Shown here piece after piece: positions 35,701 to 50,369 of a DNA stretch of 64,000 nt (position 1 is its first letter; every line of letters starts with the position of its first letter). The notes under the pieces are model-generated. The model had not been told where the DNA came from. It searched no databases and saw only the letters and a program-made list of their open reading frames with translations. A program made the translations under genes and the position numbers. Source of the DNA: Bispira polyomma (Eukaryota); contig OZ287748.1 in NCBI GenBank assembly GCA_965649765.1, positions 107,198,001 through 107,262,000 on the forward strand, read 5' to 3'.

Positions 35701-37017
35701 ACGACTCACATGGGATCAAATCAAGGAAGCAGTCCAAAAGGCTGGAGTATGTTACAAATGCCTCCAGAATGGACATATTGCAAGGAATTGCAAAGCAACA
35801 TGCTCATCCTGTGGAAGGAGTCATCACAGTAATATTTGTCGACCCAGAAGTGAACCTGAGCCAAAAGTGCAGAGTAACATAAATCAAGCTCAATTAAAGG
35901 AACCACAAAGTCAGAAAACTGTAGGCCAAGACGCATATCAACGCCGGGCTCGAACTGATGATTCAAGTGCAGCTTTGAATGTTTCATGCATTGCACAGTC
36001 AAGTACAGAAACCATCATGTAGATGGCCAGAGTCAAAGCCAGTGGCCAGAAAACCGACAGTATTCCGCTGAATATTCTCTTTGATTCTGGCAGCAACCGA
36101 ACATATATAAAGAAAGAATTAGCTGACAAACTAGGTTGTAAGAAAATAAGAAATATCCACCATCAGGTGACTATGTTTGATGGACATAAGTCGAAATCCA
36201 CACTCAAAGCAGTGAGAGAAGTTCAACTGGCTGATCTATGGGGTAATCTTCATTGTATTGAGGCTATAGAGACAACAGAGGTCTGTGCACCCCTAGTGCA
36301 ACCAAACGTAAAGACTGACAGTCTTCCAAAAGGACTAAAACTAGCAACTCTGCCATCGGGGGCAGTACAAATCGAGATGCTAATAGGACTTGATCATTAT
36401 TACAAATTTCTGATTAGAATCAATGAAAACCTTGTTGCACACAACACCCCATTCGGTTACATAGTGAGTGGTGTTGCTGGTACAACAAATACCAAGGCAG
36501 TTGTGTCTCACTGTTTGTTATGTCATCCACAGAAGAGCAAAAGGATTACTGGGATAATGGCTTGAACCTCCATTGCCAATCACCACTAGTTCGAGACAGA
36601 GAGTCATCAGCTGAAATGGACATAAAACGTTTATGGAACCTAGATTGGCTGGGAGTTGATGATAACACAACAGAGGAAGACAGGGTACTCACAAGGTTCA
36701 AGCAAGAACGTCAGTTTGATCAAACTTTACAAAGATATACTGTAAAACTCCCATGGAAACCCACATCAAATCAGTTAAAAAGCAATGAGAAGACAGCAAA
36801 AAAAGATGCATCAAGCAAATAAGCAAACTCTCACCTGAGCTGTATGGTCTCTACATGGAAGTATTCCAAGAATGGAAAGACAACAAGATAATCGAAGAAG
36901 TCCCTCCTGAAGAAATAAACTTGCAAGAAGGAAGTAGGCTGTTTTATCTTCTCCATAGACCAGTTATAAGAGAAGAGAGTGTTACAACAAAGATTCGTCC
37001 TGTCTTTGATGGCAGTG

Positions 37018-40000
37018 TGTATATTGTAGTATATGTTATTTTTCATTAGGATGTTGTATTACTTTCATATGAATATATGTATTTTATTTGCTGTATTTTT
37101 TTATGTAATGATTGAGTCTGTAGACAGTTTTAACTGATGAGTTATATATGTATTTAATTTGCTGTAGTTTTAACTGATGAGTTATATATGTATTTTATTT
37201 GCTGTAGTTTTAACTGATGAGTTTACTTGAAATTGTGGTATTTCAAAATTTGCAGTCTCCATTACGTGTCAGAATAATACACAGGTGAACTGCTGTAAAA
37301 GTAAAGGGAAGTAGTCCACCCTCACCTTTGCACATTTGGAATTTATTGATTAATGTAAAGTTTAAACATAGCCACTGCAAGGCTAAGGTATTTTGCTTTC
37401 TCATATTTACTTCTGGACACATTTATGTGTTTCTCCAGCTGTATGCAACCTGTCACTTTGACAGTTCAACTATCATGTGCAATACTTTTATTATTATAAG
37501 GCATTATTTTCCCACAGCACAGAATTAGGATGGATAAGTTGGTAACAGCAATCTGGAGATTTCTTTGATTTTATTCTGAGTCAGTTTTTGAGGGAATAAG
37601 AAGTGTTTTCAGCCATTGGGCTAGATATGTAAGATTTAAAAGAATGTATTAATTAGGTAGACCTAATTAATCATTATTTGAACAGTTTCGTTATTCTCTA
37701 AAAATTAATTATTAGGCAGACCTAATTAATTGTAATGAAATAGATATATTGGGATTTTTAATGTAATTTCACTGTTAATAAATTTAGAACTATCAAACTG
37801 GAACTTTATCATGTAATACAGGCAACTGCACATCTGGTTACATAACAATTTATGGGGGCTCGTCTGGGATGATTGTGACAGTTACCCAAGTATTAATTGG
37901 ATATACATCTGGAGAATATTGTGAAATTACAGTGGACATTGTAGATTTTCTTTGGAATAATTACACTGATTACTGATATTATCTCTGCAAAAGTGTGGAA
38001 TGACAACTGGGTATTACATTTTATTGGACTAATTAAATTAATCTGGGTACAATCTCTGCAAAAAGTGTGGAAAGAATAAGTTAAGTATAACTTCTAAAAA
38101 TAAAGCAATAAACTTGTGGACTGAGAGCTGATCTTTCATATTAATCTATAATTGATTTGATGTATGATATTAAGACTGGCTTAAGGGTTTAGTGACGTAA
38201 ACACATAAAACGATCGCCGATAACCACGTTATGTGTGCTCGAGCTTCTCAGAAACTACACAACCTTTTCTTTGTGGCCTTAAACCCGTTTTATAGATAAC
38301 ATATTTACATTTTCATCAGTATAAATAATAAAGAATGACTTATATTTTAATTATATACTAATTCATATATTTTAAGTATCATTTTAATAGATATCTTGAG
38401 ACGTACAATACATATAGCAGTGTGTCATACTGTAACTAAAATGGGTAATGTTTTCAAAGTACATGCTTCACTAACGTGACACAATTCATATACCAACACG
38501 GGATCAATACTAAAGTATTGTACATGAATAGAAAAAGGAAAACATCAGCATTATTTTGAATGAATTCGTTTTTCAAGAAAAGCACAAAAGCTGGATAATT
38601 TTAGAAAAACTTTAAAGTTACACTGTTCTAAATAGAAAGATACTTAGTTTTCTTTGTTTATACAAAATAAGGAGACATATTTAAAAATGTAATTCATTGA
38701 AAACAATATACACGTTTTTTAAAGTTGTGTAGCCTATATAATGTCTTCATTTATGCTGGATCAATACTTGTAATGTGTCACAATAGAAGGGACTCTCTGC
38801 GAGAAATGTTTACAAATATGACATTCCACCATAGATTTCAAATTGTGTGACGCCACAATACAGGAATCGTTGTATGGGTGTTTTCATAGTTTTATAGCAT
38901 AGTATTAACCTTTTAAATAGTTTGGATGTATAAAAATGGTTAAGAAACCATACTAAAGTGTACTTTACAGTCCTTATATTAGATATACAGACTAGAAATG
39001 ACTCTCGTAAAAATAGCATGCTTTATCCCCAGCCCGTTTATGTGTTTACGTTACTAAAGCCTTAAGGGTAATTAAAGGCTGATCGAGTCTCAACCAGTAA
39101 TAATTGCTTTGTTTTATGTGAAAAGTCAAGTGGAAATCATACACACCCAGAACAGTTAAATTCACCTATATTGTTTTACACGCTACATTATGGCTACATC
39201 CACAGAAAAATGGATTGCCTGTGGAAAAGAAATGGGATTAAAAGAAGCAGCTTTACTCGAGTTTGTCACTCAACATGAAAAGGAGGAAGCCGAACGTGAT
39301 GAGCGGGCACACCTCAGGTCTATTGAAAAGGAAAAGCGTGAGGTGGAACAAATGAGGCTGGAAGAACATGAACGAGGATGCCAACATGAGAAACAAATGA
39401 GAGAGATGGAACTGCTTGAGAAAGAGAAAGACAGGGAGCACGAGAGGCGAACACAAGACAGGACAGGTAGTTTTCCAGTTAGTCCAGTGCCTACGACTGC
39501 TGACGATGTACCTAAAGGTCCGAAACTACCTTATTATGATGACAATAAGGATGCTATAGACTCATATATCCGGCGGTTCGAGAGGTATGCAGAGGCCTGC
39601 AAGTGGGACAAGTCCAGGTATGCCACTTACTTGGGGAACTTACTTCAGGGAAAGGCATTGGAGGTTTATGTCAGAATGCCATTAGAAGACATATCAGACT
39701 ACAACAACCTAAAGAATGCATTATCGAGAAGATTTGAAATGACAGAGGAAGGATTCAGGAGAAGATGACCCTTTTTCTGTCCCTTGATTTTGGAAATTGG
39801 ATAACTGTCTTTTGTGCTGGTGCGCCTTAGAGTCCCCTTTGTTAAGGGGAGATTAAGCGCAATAAAAGTCTAATTACAATTACAATGGGCATTGTGAAGA
39901 TCACAGACAGAATACAGTCGAACTTTTTCTGGCCAGGCATGCATCTTGATGTCCAGAATTTTTGCAGGTCATGTGACATATGCCAGAGAACAGCTCTAAA

Positions 40001-43000
40001 GGGCAGAGTGGTGAAGGCTCCTTTGGGACGAATGCCAATTGTTAATACGCCATTGCAGAGAGTAGCAGTGGACTTGATTGGTCCCATACAACCAGTCAGT
40101 CACCGAGGCCATCGTTACATCCTCACAATGGTGGATATGGCAACAAGATATCCGAAAGCCATGGCACTAAAGAACATAGACTCAGTGACTGTTGCAGAGG
40201 CATTGATTAAGATGTTTAGCGATGTTGGATTCCCAGTGGAGATGTTAAGTGATCGTGGAACACAATTCACTTCTGGCATGATGAAAGAGGTTGAAAGATT
40301 AGTCTCAATCAAACCTTTAGTGACCAGCCCATACCATGCACAGTGTAATGGTCTGTGTGAGAAATTTAATGGAACATTGAAACAAATGTTAAAGAAGATG
40401 GTCGGGGAACAGCCAAAGGATTGGGACCGGTACATTGAACCACTCTTGTTTGCATATCGGGAAACCCCAGTAGAGAGTCTAGCAGGGTTTTCGCCATTTG
40501 AAGTGCTATATGGCAGAACTATTTACAAGAAGAAGTAAAAGATACATATGAGTATGTCCTTGATCTGAGGGATCGGCTTGAGGAAACCAGGAAGTTGGTG
40601 TCTGAGGGTCTGCAGAAAGCCCAGGACAAACAGAAAAAATATTTTGATCGAAAGGCAATGCAGAGGGAATTGAAAGAAGATGACAAGGTCCTGATACTCC
40701 TCCCAACAGATGAAAATAAACTGTTGATGCGTTGGAAGGGACCATACCCAGTCAGAGCCCGCATTGGGATGAACAATTATGCTGTTGACATCAATGGGAA
40801 GACAAAGGTGTACCACATCAACATGCTGAAACAGTATTTTGATAGGGGCGATTTGGCAGTGGAAGCCACAGAAGCAGGTGCTATGGGGATCATAGATGAT
40901 CAAGACAACAATGAGATCAGCCCGGGTGAAGCCATTGTAACTAGCAAGATGTTTGGGACACCTAAAGAGGCCGAAACACATCTGGATGTAAACATAAATG
41001 ACAACTTGTCTAGTGATCAGAAAAAGGCTGTCCGAGAACTAGTGGCAAGGCACGGAGACATATTTTCGTCAACTCCAGGAACTACCTACCTGGTGAAGCA
41101 TGATATAGTGCTAGATGATGACGTGCCAGTGAGGACAAAGCCCTACCCAGTTCCATATGCTAAGTATGAAGAAATGAAGGCACAAATAGACGAGATGTTA
41201 AAACTAGGCATTATGGAAGTTTCTGAATCACCACATTGCAGCCCGCTTGTTATGGTCAAGAAAAAAGATGGCTCAATGAGGTACTGCCAAGACATGAGAA
41301 ATATTAACAGAAAGACAAAGTTTGACTGTGAGAGACCTGTGGAAATCCATTCCATATTTGCCAAGCTGTGTGATGATAGATATTTCTCAAAATTTGATTG
41401 CTGCAGAGGTTACTGGCAGATCCCTTTGACAGAAAGAGCGAAAGAGATATATATAACAGGGTTTTCCACACCCTTCGGTCACTACCAGTTTGTAAAGATG
41501 CCATTTGGACTCGTGAACTCTGGCGCAACATATGAGAAAATGATGAGAAAACTATTGGGAAACCTCCAGTGCATTGACCACTATATTGATGATGTATTGG
41601 AACATACCAGACACATGACAGTGATGGAAAACTTCTTCCAAAAGGTTCAACAGGCAAACCTGACGTTAAAACCCTCCAAGTGTTACCTTGGATACTTTGA
41701 AGCTGACTTTCTTGGACACAAAGTTGTGAGTGGTATGCTAGCTACCCAAGATGATAAGTCAGAAAAGATCAGAAACTCTCCCATCCCAAGCACCAAGAAA
41801 CAACTGCGCTTCATTCCTTGGATTGTGCTCATATTACCGCCGGTACATACCGAACTTTGCTGAGATTGCGTTTTCACTGACAGAACTGACGAAAAAGATG
41901 TCAGAAAAGCTGGCCTTAACAGATGTCCACAGAGATGCCATAGAGAAGCTCAAGGAAATCATGTGCTCAGGTCCCATATTGAAATTACCAAATGTGAAAG
42001 AAAGTTTTGTCCTCAGGACCGATGCGTCCAATGTCGGGATAGGCGCTGTGTTGATGCAGTACCATGAAGGGGAGCTATTTCCAGTGATGTATGCAAGTAG
42101 AAAATTGTTGCCAAGAGAGAGGAACTATGCTGTAATTGAGATGGAGTGTCTTGCGCTTGTGTGGGCAATTGGTAAATTTGAAGTGTATTCGTATGGCCAA
42201 GAATTTACCATTCAGACTGACCATAGGTCATTAGAGTATCTAAACAAAGCCAAGTTCAGCAATGCCAGGATTATGCGTTGGGCCCTCAGCATGCAACCTT
42301 ACATGTATAAAGTGGAGTACATCAAGGGAGAGGACAACGTTGGCGCAGACTTCCTATCAAGGAACATTTAAACCGTGGATGCGATGATTCTTGTACAGAC
42401 GTATTGATACCCGAACAACATCCTTAAATGGGGGGATATTGTAGTATATGTTATTTTTCATTAGGATGTTGTATTACTTTCATATGAATATATGTATTTT
42501 ATTTGCTGTATTTTTTTATGTAATGATTGAGTCTGTAGACAGTTTTAACTGATGAGTTATATATGTATTTTATTTGCTGTAGTTTCAACTAATGAGTTTA
42601 CTTGAAGTTGTGGTATTTCAAAATTTGCAGTCTCCATTACGTGTCAGACTAATACACAGGTGAACTGCTGTAAAAGTATAGGGAAGTAGTCCACCCTCAC
42701 CTTTGCACATTTGGAATTTATTGATTAATGTAAAGTTCAAACATAGCCACTGCAAGGCTAAGGTATTTTGCTTTCTCACATTTACTTTTGGACACATTTA
42801 TGTGTTTCTCCAGCTGTATGCCACTTGTCACTTTGACAGTTCAACTATCATGTGCAATACTTTCATTATTATAAGGCATTACTTTCCCACAGCACAGAAT
42901 TAGGATGGATAAGTTGGTAACAGCAATCTGGAGATTTCTTTGATTTTATTCTGAGTTAGTTTTTGAGGGAATAAGAAGTGTTTTCAGCCATTGGGCTAGA

Positions 43001-43222
43001 TATGTAAGATTTAAAAGAATGTATTAATTAGGCAGACCTAATTAATCATTATTTGAACAGTTTCGTTATTTTCTAACAAATAATTATTAGGCAGACCTAA
43101 TTAATTGTAATGAAATAGATATATTAGGATTTTTAATGTAATTTCACTGTTAATAAATTTAGAACTATCAAACTGGAACTTTATCATGTAATACAGGCAA
43201 CTGCACATCTGGTTACATAACA
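37018..43222 (+). mobile_element. Gmr1-like Ty3/gypsy LTR retrotransposon (gag-INT-RT-RH) nested in BEL
   Basis: LTRs ~37018-37847 and ~42436-43222; TSD cagtg; PBS TGGGGGCTCGTCTGGGAT (tRNA-Pro-like); integrase 39885-40538 precedes RT (MPFGL, YIDD) and RNase H (TDAS). Confidence 0.92.
38185..39061. mobile_element. TIR MITE with TTAA target duplication (Kolobok-like GG...CC ends)
   Basis: ttaa|gggtttagtgacgtaaacacataaaacg ... cgtttatgtgtttacgttactaaagcc|ttaa. Confidence 0.8.
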
Positions 43223-46097
43223 CAGTGCAATGGATCAAAATGGCCTATCCATCAATGAACCAATTCAAAATTAAAAGACAGTACATACAAAATACATACA
43301 GAAATGAATAGAAGAGTTTGATTGTTTTCTGTGATGCGAGTGAGCAGGCATATGGCACAGCCATCTACCTCAAAACCAGCCAAGGCCTATCTCTGATCAT
43401 CGCCAAGGCAAAAGTGGCCCCTATCAAAAACGTCACTTTACCTAGACAGTGAAATTGCCTTGCAGTACATTAAGCAATGTCCAGACAAGTGGAAACCATT
43501 CATCGCAAACAGAGTGATGACTATTCAAGAAACAACCAAGCCATCCTTTGGCACCACATACCAGGAGAAAAGAACCCTGCAGATGCCCTAACAAGGGGAG
43601 TACCTGCTACCAAGTTTATTCCGAGTAGGATATCTTGGGTCAGTCCTTCTATGGGTTTGCTTCCACATGAAAAATGTATCAGTTCAGACCTGGGCTCAGG
43701 TTCTAACAGCCTAGACTGGCCCATCTCAGATTCGGTTGAACAAGAAACCATCAAATCCCAAGAGGATATAGATACAACTGTAATGATGACACTGCCCGAA
43801 AAGTTAACAGAGCCTTTGATTCCAAGTGAAAGATGGTCCAAGCTCACTAAAGCTGTACAAGTTGTAGCCTTTGTTCAGCGCTTCATTACAAACTGTAGAT
43901 CTAAAACAGAGAAGACGGTGAGAGACATATCTTATGAGGAGTCTGTGAACTCAAGAGAAACTTTCATCAAATGCACTCAACATCAACACTTTCAACCAGA
44001 GATCAAGTCTTTAAAGAAGGAAAATGCAATTCCAAAGGGTTCAAAACTGTACCCTCTTACTCCATTCATGGACAGCAAAGGCATCATGAGAATCAAAGGA
44101 AGGTTAGAAAACTCAAATCTCTCTTATGAGTCTGTCCACCCTATTATCCTACCAAAAGATTGGTTCTCCAGACTGAGAGTCAGAGATTACCAGTTATGAA
44201 GCATGCGGGCGTTTCAACCTTGATAAATGCTGTCCGTCAGAAATACTGGATCACAGGCCTCAGAAGGTTAGCCAAGACAGAAACAAAATCTTGTTTCCAG
44301 TGGTTTCCAGTGTCAGAGAATTCAAGCACCCGCTTGCAATCAATAGTCACCAAGTCTGCCCAAGGATAGAGTTACCAAGCAATATCCATTCGCTGTTACT
44401 GGTGTCGACTATGCAGGCCCATTATATGTTACAGACACAGAAGAGAAACAGTACATATGTTTATACACTTGTATGACCATCAGAGCTGTACATCTTGAAG
44501 TAACTTCAAGCCTAAATGTTCAAGACTTCCTGAAATCCTTTCGTCGCTTCGCAGCAAGAAGAGGACTACCACAAACAATTTACTCTGATAATGCAGCCAC
44601 GTTTATCAATGCAAGAGACAAATTCAAGGTTATCTACGGTGACTTAGCACCGCAGTGGAAATTTATCACACCCAGATCACCCTGGCAGGGAGGGTGATGG
44701 GAGAGGATGGTCCGTACAGTCAAGTCCCATTTGAAGAAAGTGTTATGAAACCAGAGCATTACTAGGAATGAACTACAAACCCTGCTACCTGAGATTGAGT
44801 ATGTTGTGAATACCCGACCCTTGACTACTATTACTGATGCACCAGAAGATCTTCGACCATTGACACCTGCTGATTTTTTATTGAACAGAGAAGACCTGGA
44901 TTTCTCCACACCCCAATCAATACAGAAATCCTTAGTCAAAGGAACTCAACAATTACAGAAGTTTTGGAGGTTATGGAGCACTTCTTACCTAAAGGAATTA
45001 CCAAACATGGTTACAACATTTAAAGACAAGGGTAATCTGCAGTTGGGATCTGTGGGTCTCATAGAAGAAGATAATTTACCCAGACTCCAGTGGCCATTAG
45101 CAAGAATCACTGAACTAATATCATCATCAGATGGACGTGTCAGAACTGTGAAGCTCCAGACAGTGAAGGGCATTCGTGTTCGCCCTGTACAAAGACTCCA
45201 CTCACTTGAAGGAACTAAACCAGATGTACATCCTGAGTGTAATCAACAGATGACTCCTATCCTAACCAAACAAAGAAAACCCAAGACTGTAAAGCTGGTA
45301 AAACGTGTGAACTCTCCTACAGAACCCATAAAGGATACCAATGTAACTACACGTTCCGGTCGTATGATACGAAACCCAGTCAGATACAGTTAACAGACGA
45401 TACCACAGTGGATTAACTGCTCTCTACTCGTGTGGATCAGGGCCATAATAAAGCCCATTTTTTGAAAGGGTGAGGGATAGTCTACCCCTATGACCCCTTC
45501 ATAGTGTATATAAGAGTGTTCTCAATTTTAGTGTTCCCAAGAGCAAGTAAACTTTATATTTGACCTACCTTTGCATGAATAGTTACATTTAGTGTTCCTA
45601 CAGATATACAGCAAGAATTGTGTTTATCAGTATAGTAATAGTTGTATATGGATTCTCAGAAAATAAAACGTGTTTACTATGCAGACGTGACGGACAGTGT
45701 GACTAAGAATAATCAACAGTTTATCTTAAGAGACTATATTGGTAACATATGAAGTAAAATATGGTTTACAGCTGAAGCTGATTTCGTTATTCACTTGCAC
45801 CAAGTAACCCTGAAATTTACAGATTATAGGTATTTTAGTTACAGAAAATGTTGGAGCCTCTTCTCCGATCCCCTTCTCCAACTGGGGGGAATGTTAAATA
45901 TTCTAAAACAGTAATATATAATATTTGTGTAAAGTGACTTGCTATATTGTTTGTTAATTTTAGTGTGAAGATAAGTGTCTCAGTTACACATATTTTGTTA
46001 GCAGTTATCTTATAACTACCAGCTTGAAAGAAAAAGAATCTTGTGTATTTATGTGTGGTACCAATACGTGTACACATGTGTACTCATGTGTAGTGAT

Positions 46098-48160
46098 CTA
46101 ATCTAATCTAATCTAGTCGTACTTTTATAGCGCTTCATCTTTGTACAACAAATTCTAAGGCGCAACAAACCCAAAACGTTAATCGAAAATCAAAAATAGT
46201 GGGTGGATGGAAGTCGTAACCAGGGAGACTACCGTAAATGGTTGCGACGGCTAAGGTGGAAAAGCCTGTTCAAAAAGATAGGCCTTCAGCTTACTCCTGA
46301 AAGAGGAGAAAGTTTGAGCCAGGCGAACATGATCAGGTAGGCTGTTCCAAATGAGGGGGCCATCATGAGCTAGGCAGTAATTGAACTGAACTTTGGATTT
46401 GTGGATGCGAGGGTCGAAAGTGGGAATGTTAAGGTATAATTTATCAGGGTTACTGCGCCTTGTCCTGACTGAGCATGTATATTTGGATAGATGGGGGCTA
46501 AAATAAGTGGGTAATCCAGAATTTAGAAATTTATATATTATTGTTGCTGTTTTGAAAGCAACACGATATTTTATTGGGAGCCAGTGCAGTGACTTGAGTA
46601 CTGGAGTAATGTGGGAAAATTTAGAAGTTTTGGTCACAATACGTGCCAATGAGAGTTGGATATTCTGAAGGCGTCTGAGATCACTACGAGATAAGGAACG
46701 GAACAGAGAGTTGCAGTAATCAAGCCTGCTGCTGACCAAAGGATTGGCAACAGTGATTGCAGTGGATTTGGAAAGATAGCGTCGATTCCGCCTGAAATCA
46801 CGGAGGCCAACAAAACATGATCTACACACCGATGCGACATGGTTAGAGAAGGAGAATTCAGAGTCGAACACCACACCCAGGTTTCGTACTTTGTCAGCTG
46901 GAAAAAACCTGCTGCCAAGAATGTCAAGTGGAAAACAGCTGGACAATTTTTCCTGTTGCGACTTGGGAGCCAAACAAAATAAACACAGTCTTCTCAGGGT
47001 TCAGCTTGAGTTTATTTGCTGCCATCCAGTGTTGTACATCAACAAGGCAGTTGTGTAAGGAAGTGAAAGCTGCCTGGGCAGAGTCAGGTGTAAGGTGGAT
47101 GTACAGTTGGGTATCATCAGCATAGAAGTGAAAGTTTATGTTTTTGTATGCAGCAATAATCTTGCTGAGTGGAGTGGTGTACATGGAAAACAAAATGGGA
47201 CCCAGGACGGAACCTTTGGGGAACACCAAATTTTAACCATGTTGGGTCGGATAAGATATTGCCAATTTTGACTGATTGGAATCTATCAGATAAATACACT
47301 GTGAACCACTTAAGCGCCATACCGCTGATACCGAACCAAGACGATAGGCACTCAAGAAGAACTTTGTGATCAATAGTATCAAAGGCTGCTGACAGATCCA
47401 GCAGTACTAAGGCAGTAAGCATACCTTTGGATAAAGATGTATGAACATCATTTTTGATGCAGAGAAGTGCAGTCTCAGTAGAATGACCACTTTTGTACGC
47501 TGACTGATACTTATTGGACAGATTGCTGACGTCAACATGTTTGATCTGTAAGGCAACCGCGCGTTCTATCAACTTAGAGATATAGCAAAGGCCTGAGACA
47601 GGACGGTAATTTTTCAAGTCAGCCTTTGGAACAGAAGGTTTTTTTATTAAAGGAGTGACAATGGCCTTTTTAAAATCATCTGGAAAGACAACATTTACCA
47701 TCGAGAGGTTGATAAGTTTTGTGATTGAGGGCAATAAAATGTCAATACATTCCTTGACAAGGAATGTGGGCCACGGATCTAGCAAGCAAGATTTTATGGG
47801 TGATGCCAGTATAATTTTCCTGACTTCATCAACAGTTACTGTGGAGAAACAGTTGAAGACGGTTGGTGGAGCTGTTGGTAAAGGGGCATTTGGGGCAGCT
47901 AATGTAAAACCGTCACGGATTCTGGTAATTTTATCAGTGAAAAAAGTACTAAAAATGTTTGCCAGTGATTTGCTATTGGAATTTTCGGGTAGTATAGTCT
48001 GTTTTTTACGGTGGAGGGTGCTATTTAGTTTTTGCCAAAGTTTCTTCGGGTCACCCTCGCTTTGTGATATCATGTTGGCATAGTAGGCACGTTTTGAGTC
48101 ATTTATAGTGTTGTTGCACCGGGTGATCCATTGGCGTAGTCTAGATCTATTTGTAATAGT
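46098..48160 (-). mobile_element. 5'-truncated L2 LINE inserted in the BEL 3' LTR
   Basis: LDLSAAFDTIDH, GVPQ/GSVLGP, YADDTQ, LHWLP motifs; (attag)n tail; TSD tagtgat at 46091 and 48161. Confidence 0.93.
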
Positions 48161-50369
48161 TAGTGATGTAGTGTTTTTACGTGTACTCAAGGAATCTTGT
48201 GTATTTATGTGTGCTACCTTTACGTGTACACATGTGTACTCATGTGTAGTGTTGAAGTGTTTTTACGTGTACACATGTGTGCTCATGTGTATTGATGTAG
48301 TGTTTTTACATGTACACACGTGTACTCATGTGTATTGATGTAGTGTTTTTATGTGTACTCATGTACACATTTTGTTTGCATGCTTGCTGGGACTTCCTGT
48401 TACTCAGTATGATGTAAATAAAGCTTTAGAAGTTTAAGTGATTTTATTAAGAATTTGAACTAGGGACAGAGAAAATAACAATCGTATTGTAACTATTGAT
48501 AATCACTACAAAGTGGCCGAAGTAACGGCCACTGACGTACAGTAATATATGTCGGCAGTTCTTGCCGAGTCAAAGGTCAGAGACAGTTTAATATCCTTAT
48601 ATGGATAATGGTATTTTTAGGTACTTTCCATGATGATAGATTACCTCATTTGGATGAAATTATTCCATTGTCACTCATATACACATGCTTCACTTCCTTG
48701 AAAATAGCTATGTCTATCTCTCTTAACAATATTTAGTTAGTTATATAGAACTTCAATAAATAACTTAATAGAAAATATGGAATCTGACGTATAATTAATT
48801 ACTTGTACATCGGGGATCCGACATCTATTTATTTTCTTAGGCGTCTGTCTTCCATATACCGACATTTATTTTCCCGATTGTGTTTTTATTTTATCGACAT
48901 TCGCTAATATAGAGAATTAATTATTTTACCTATATATATATATAGTAACTTTGTTTTGGGGTTTTAGGCGCATTAGTGATAATTTTAATAAAGTGGCATT
49001 GAGTAATAGTTTTGATGAAATTTAAAGTTATGGTCGTATCGCTAGTTTTCGTGCTATGTACTAGCAGTTTTCGTGTTATCATTTTTTATATAGCAAATAA
49101 ACATATCTTGTGACATCTTGTGAGCTATACAGTAAATAAATGCATGTTATGTTGTTTATAATTGTGATTTGCGGTTTGTACACTACCTGTACACCGTTTA
49201 CATCCAGCACCAGGCATCTTGTGTGGGCGATAATACAATATATTACATAAAGTTCAATTAAAAGTTTGTACTACATCACTTTACTATAGTTGATCAAGTG
49301 AGACATGTTGCGTACCTTGCTTCGTAATGTTGGTAGATTGTATCACAGAAACAATGTCCTGATAAATATTTAAGAAATGCGAGATAAACCCGGCTTTCTT
49401 TACAAAAACTAAGGTACATACTACACCTCGGAATATCACTCGGACTCAGAATGGACTCGGAAAATATATTATGGTGGCATTGTAATTTTATGTTAAAGGG
49501 TTTATAAGGATTTTTTTAATAATGTTGGTATAATATACTCTCGTGCTTTGTGAGATCTCGACAATATGTCCTCGTTTACAAACGGTAGTAGAGTTGGGAA
49601 AAGAGGGGGAGATTTAAAGGGAGAACCTTACGAGACACTAAACAGTAAACATCTACCTGTGAAGAAATACAAGTGAGACCTAAATTCACTTCATTGGTAC
49701 CAGAAGTGGGGTTACCATTTGTTATTCACAGGTGGAGAATACAAGAAGTATACAGGACAGTATATTTTTTATTCACAGTTTGGTATACTGTGAGTTATAT
49801 TATTCTTTAATATTGATGTGTGTGTGTGTCTCTGCTAAGTGAAGTGGAACAACAGCACACGTGTATTCCATACTGGGTATACAGGGATACTTGGTACTTA
49901 GTATTTCTGTGATCTGTGTATTGTACTACACATTCCAGCAGGAAATTATTCTGTTGCATATAAATGCTGTTTAGAGAAGTGAAATAGCAGCACACATATA
50001 TTCTGTACTGAGTATCAGCACAGAGATACTTTGTAAATATAGTATTGCTTTGTGGTGTTATATTACACATATCAGCAATAGGTTAAATAATCTGTTGCAT
50101 TAAATATTTTGTAAATTTTACAATTCGTTAAATAAAATATTTTGTAAATCACATCTATGTTTGTGACAGGATATGTATCTTCTGATTGTTGTGATGGTGA
50201 ACTAAATTAAATTAAATAACCAGTAAGAGGTGTATACAATCCTCTTGCCTTTGAATGAAATTTCCTGTACCATAAACATAAAATATAATTTAGCATTGAA
50301 GCCAGAGGGTATACAAATTCATCAGTCCTTTGTTCAATATAAATAATTCACAAATAAAAATAACAGTAT

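Larger units (their letters stand above)
33784..48480 (+). mobile_element. BEL/Pao LTR retrotransposon, degraded (LTRs 33784-34302 and 45892-48480, the latter interrupted)
   Basis: TG...CA LTRs; TSD atcat/atcgt; PBS TGGTGCCAGAACCCGGGA (tRNA-Phe-like); PPT ggggggaa; gag KLPELHLPKF with Zn knuckles; protease LFDSGS; RNase H FCDAS; integrase GVDYAGP/YSDNA. Stops are present and most of the RT is deleted. Confidence 0.95.
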
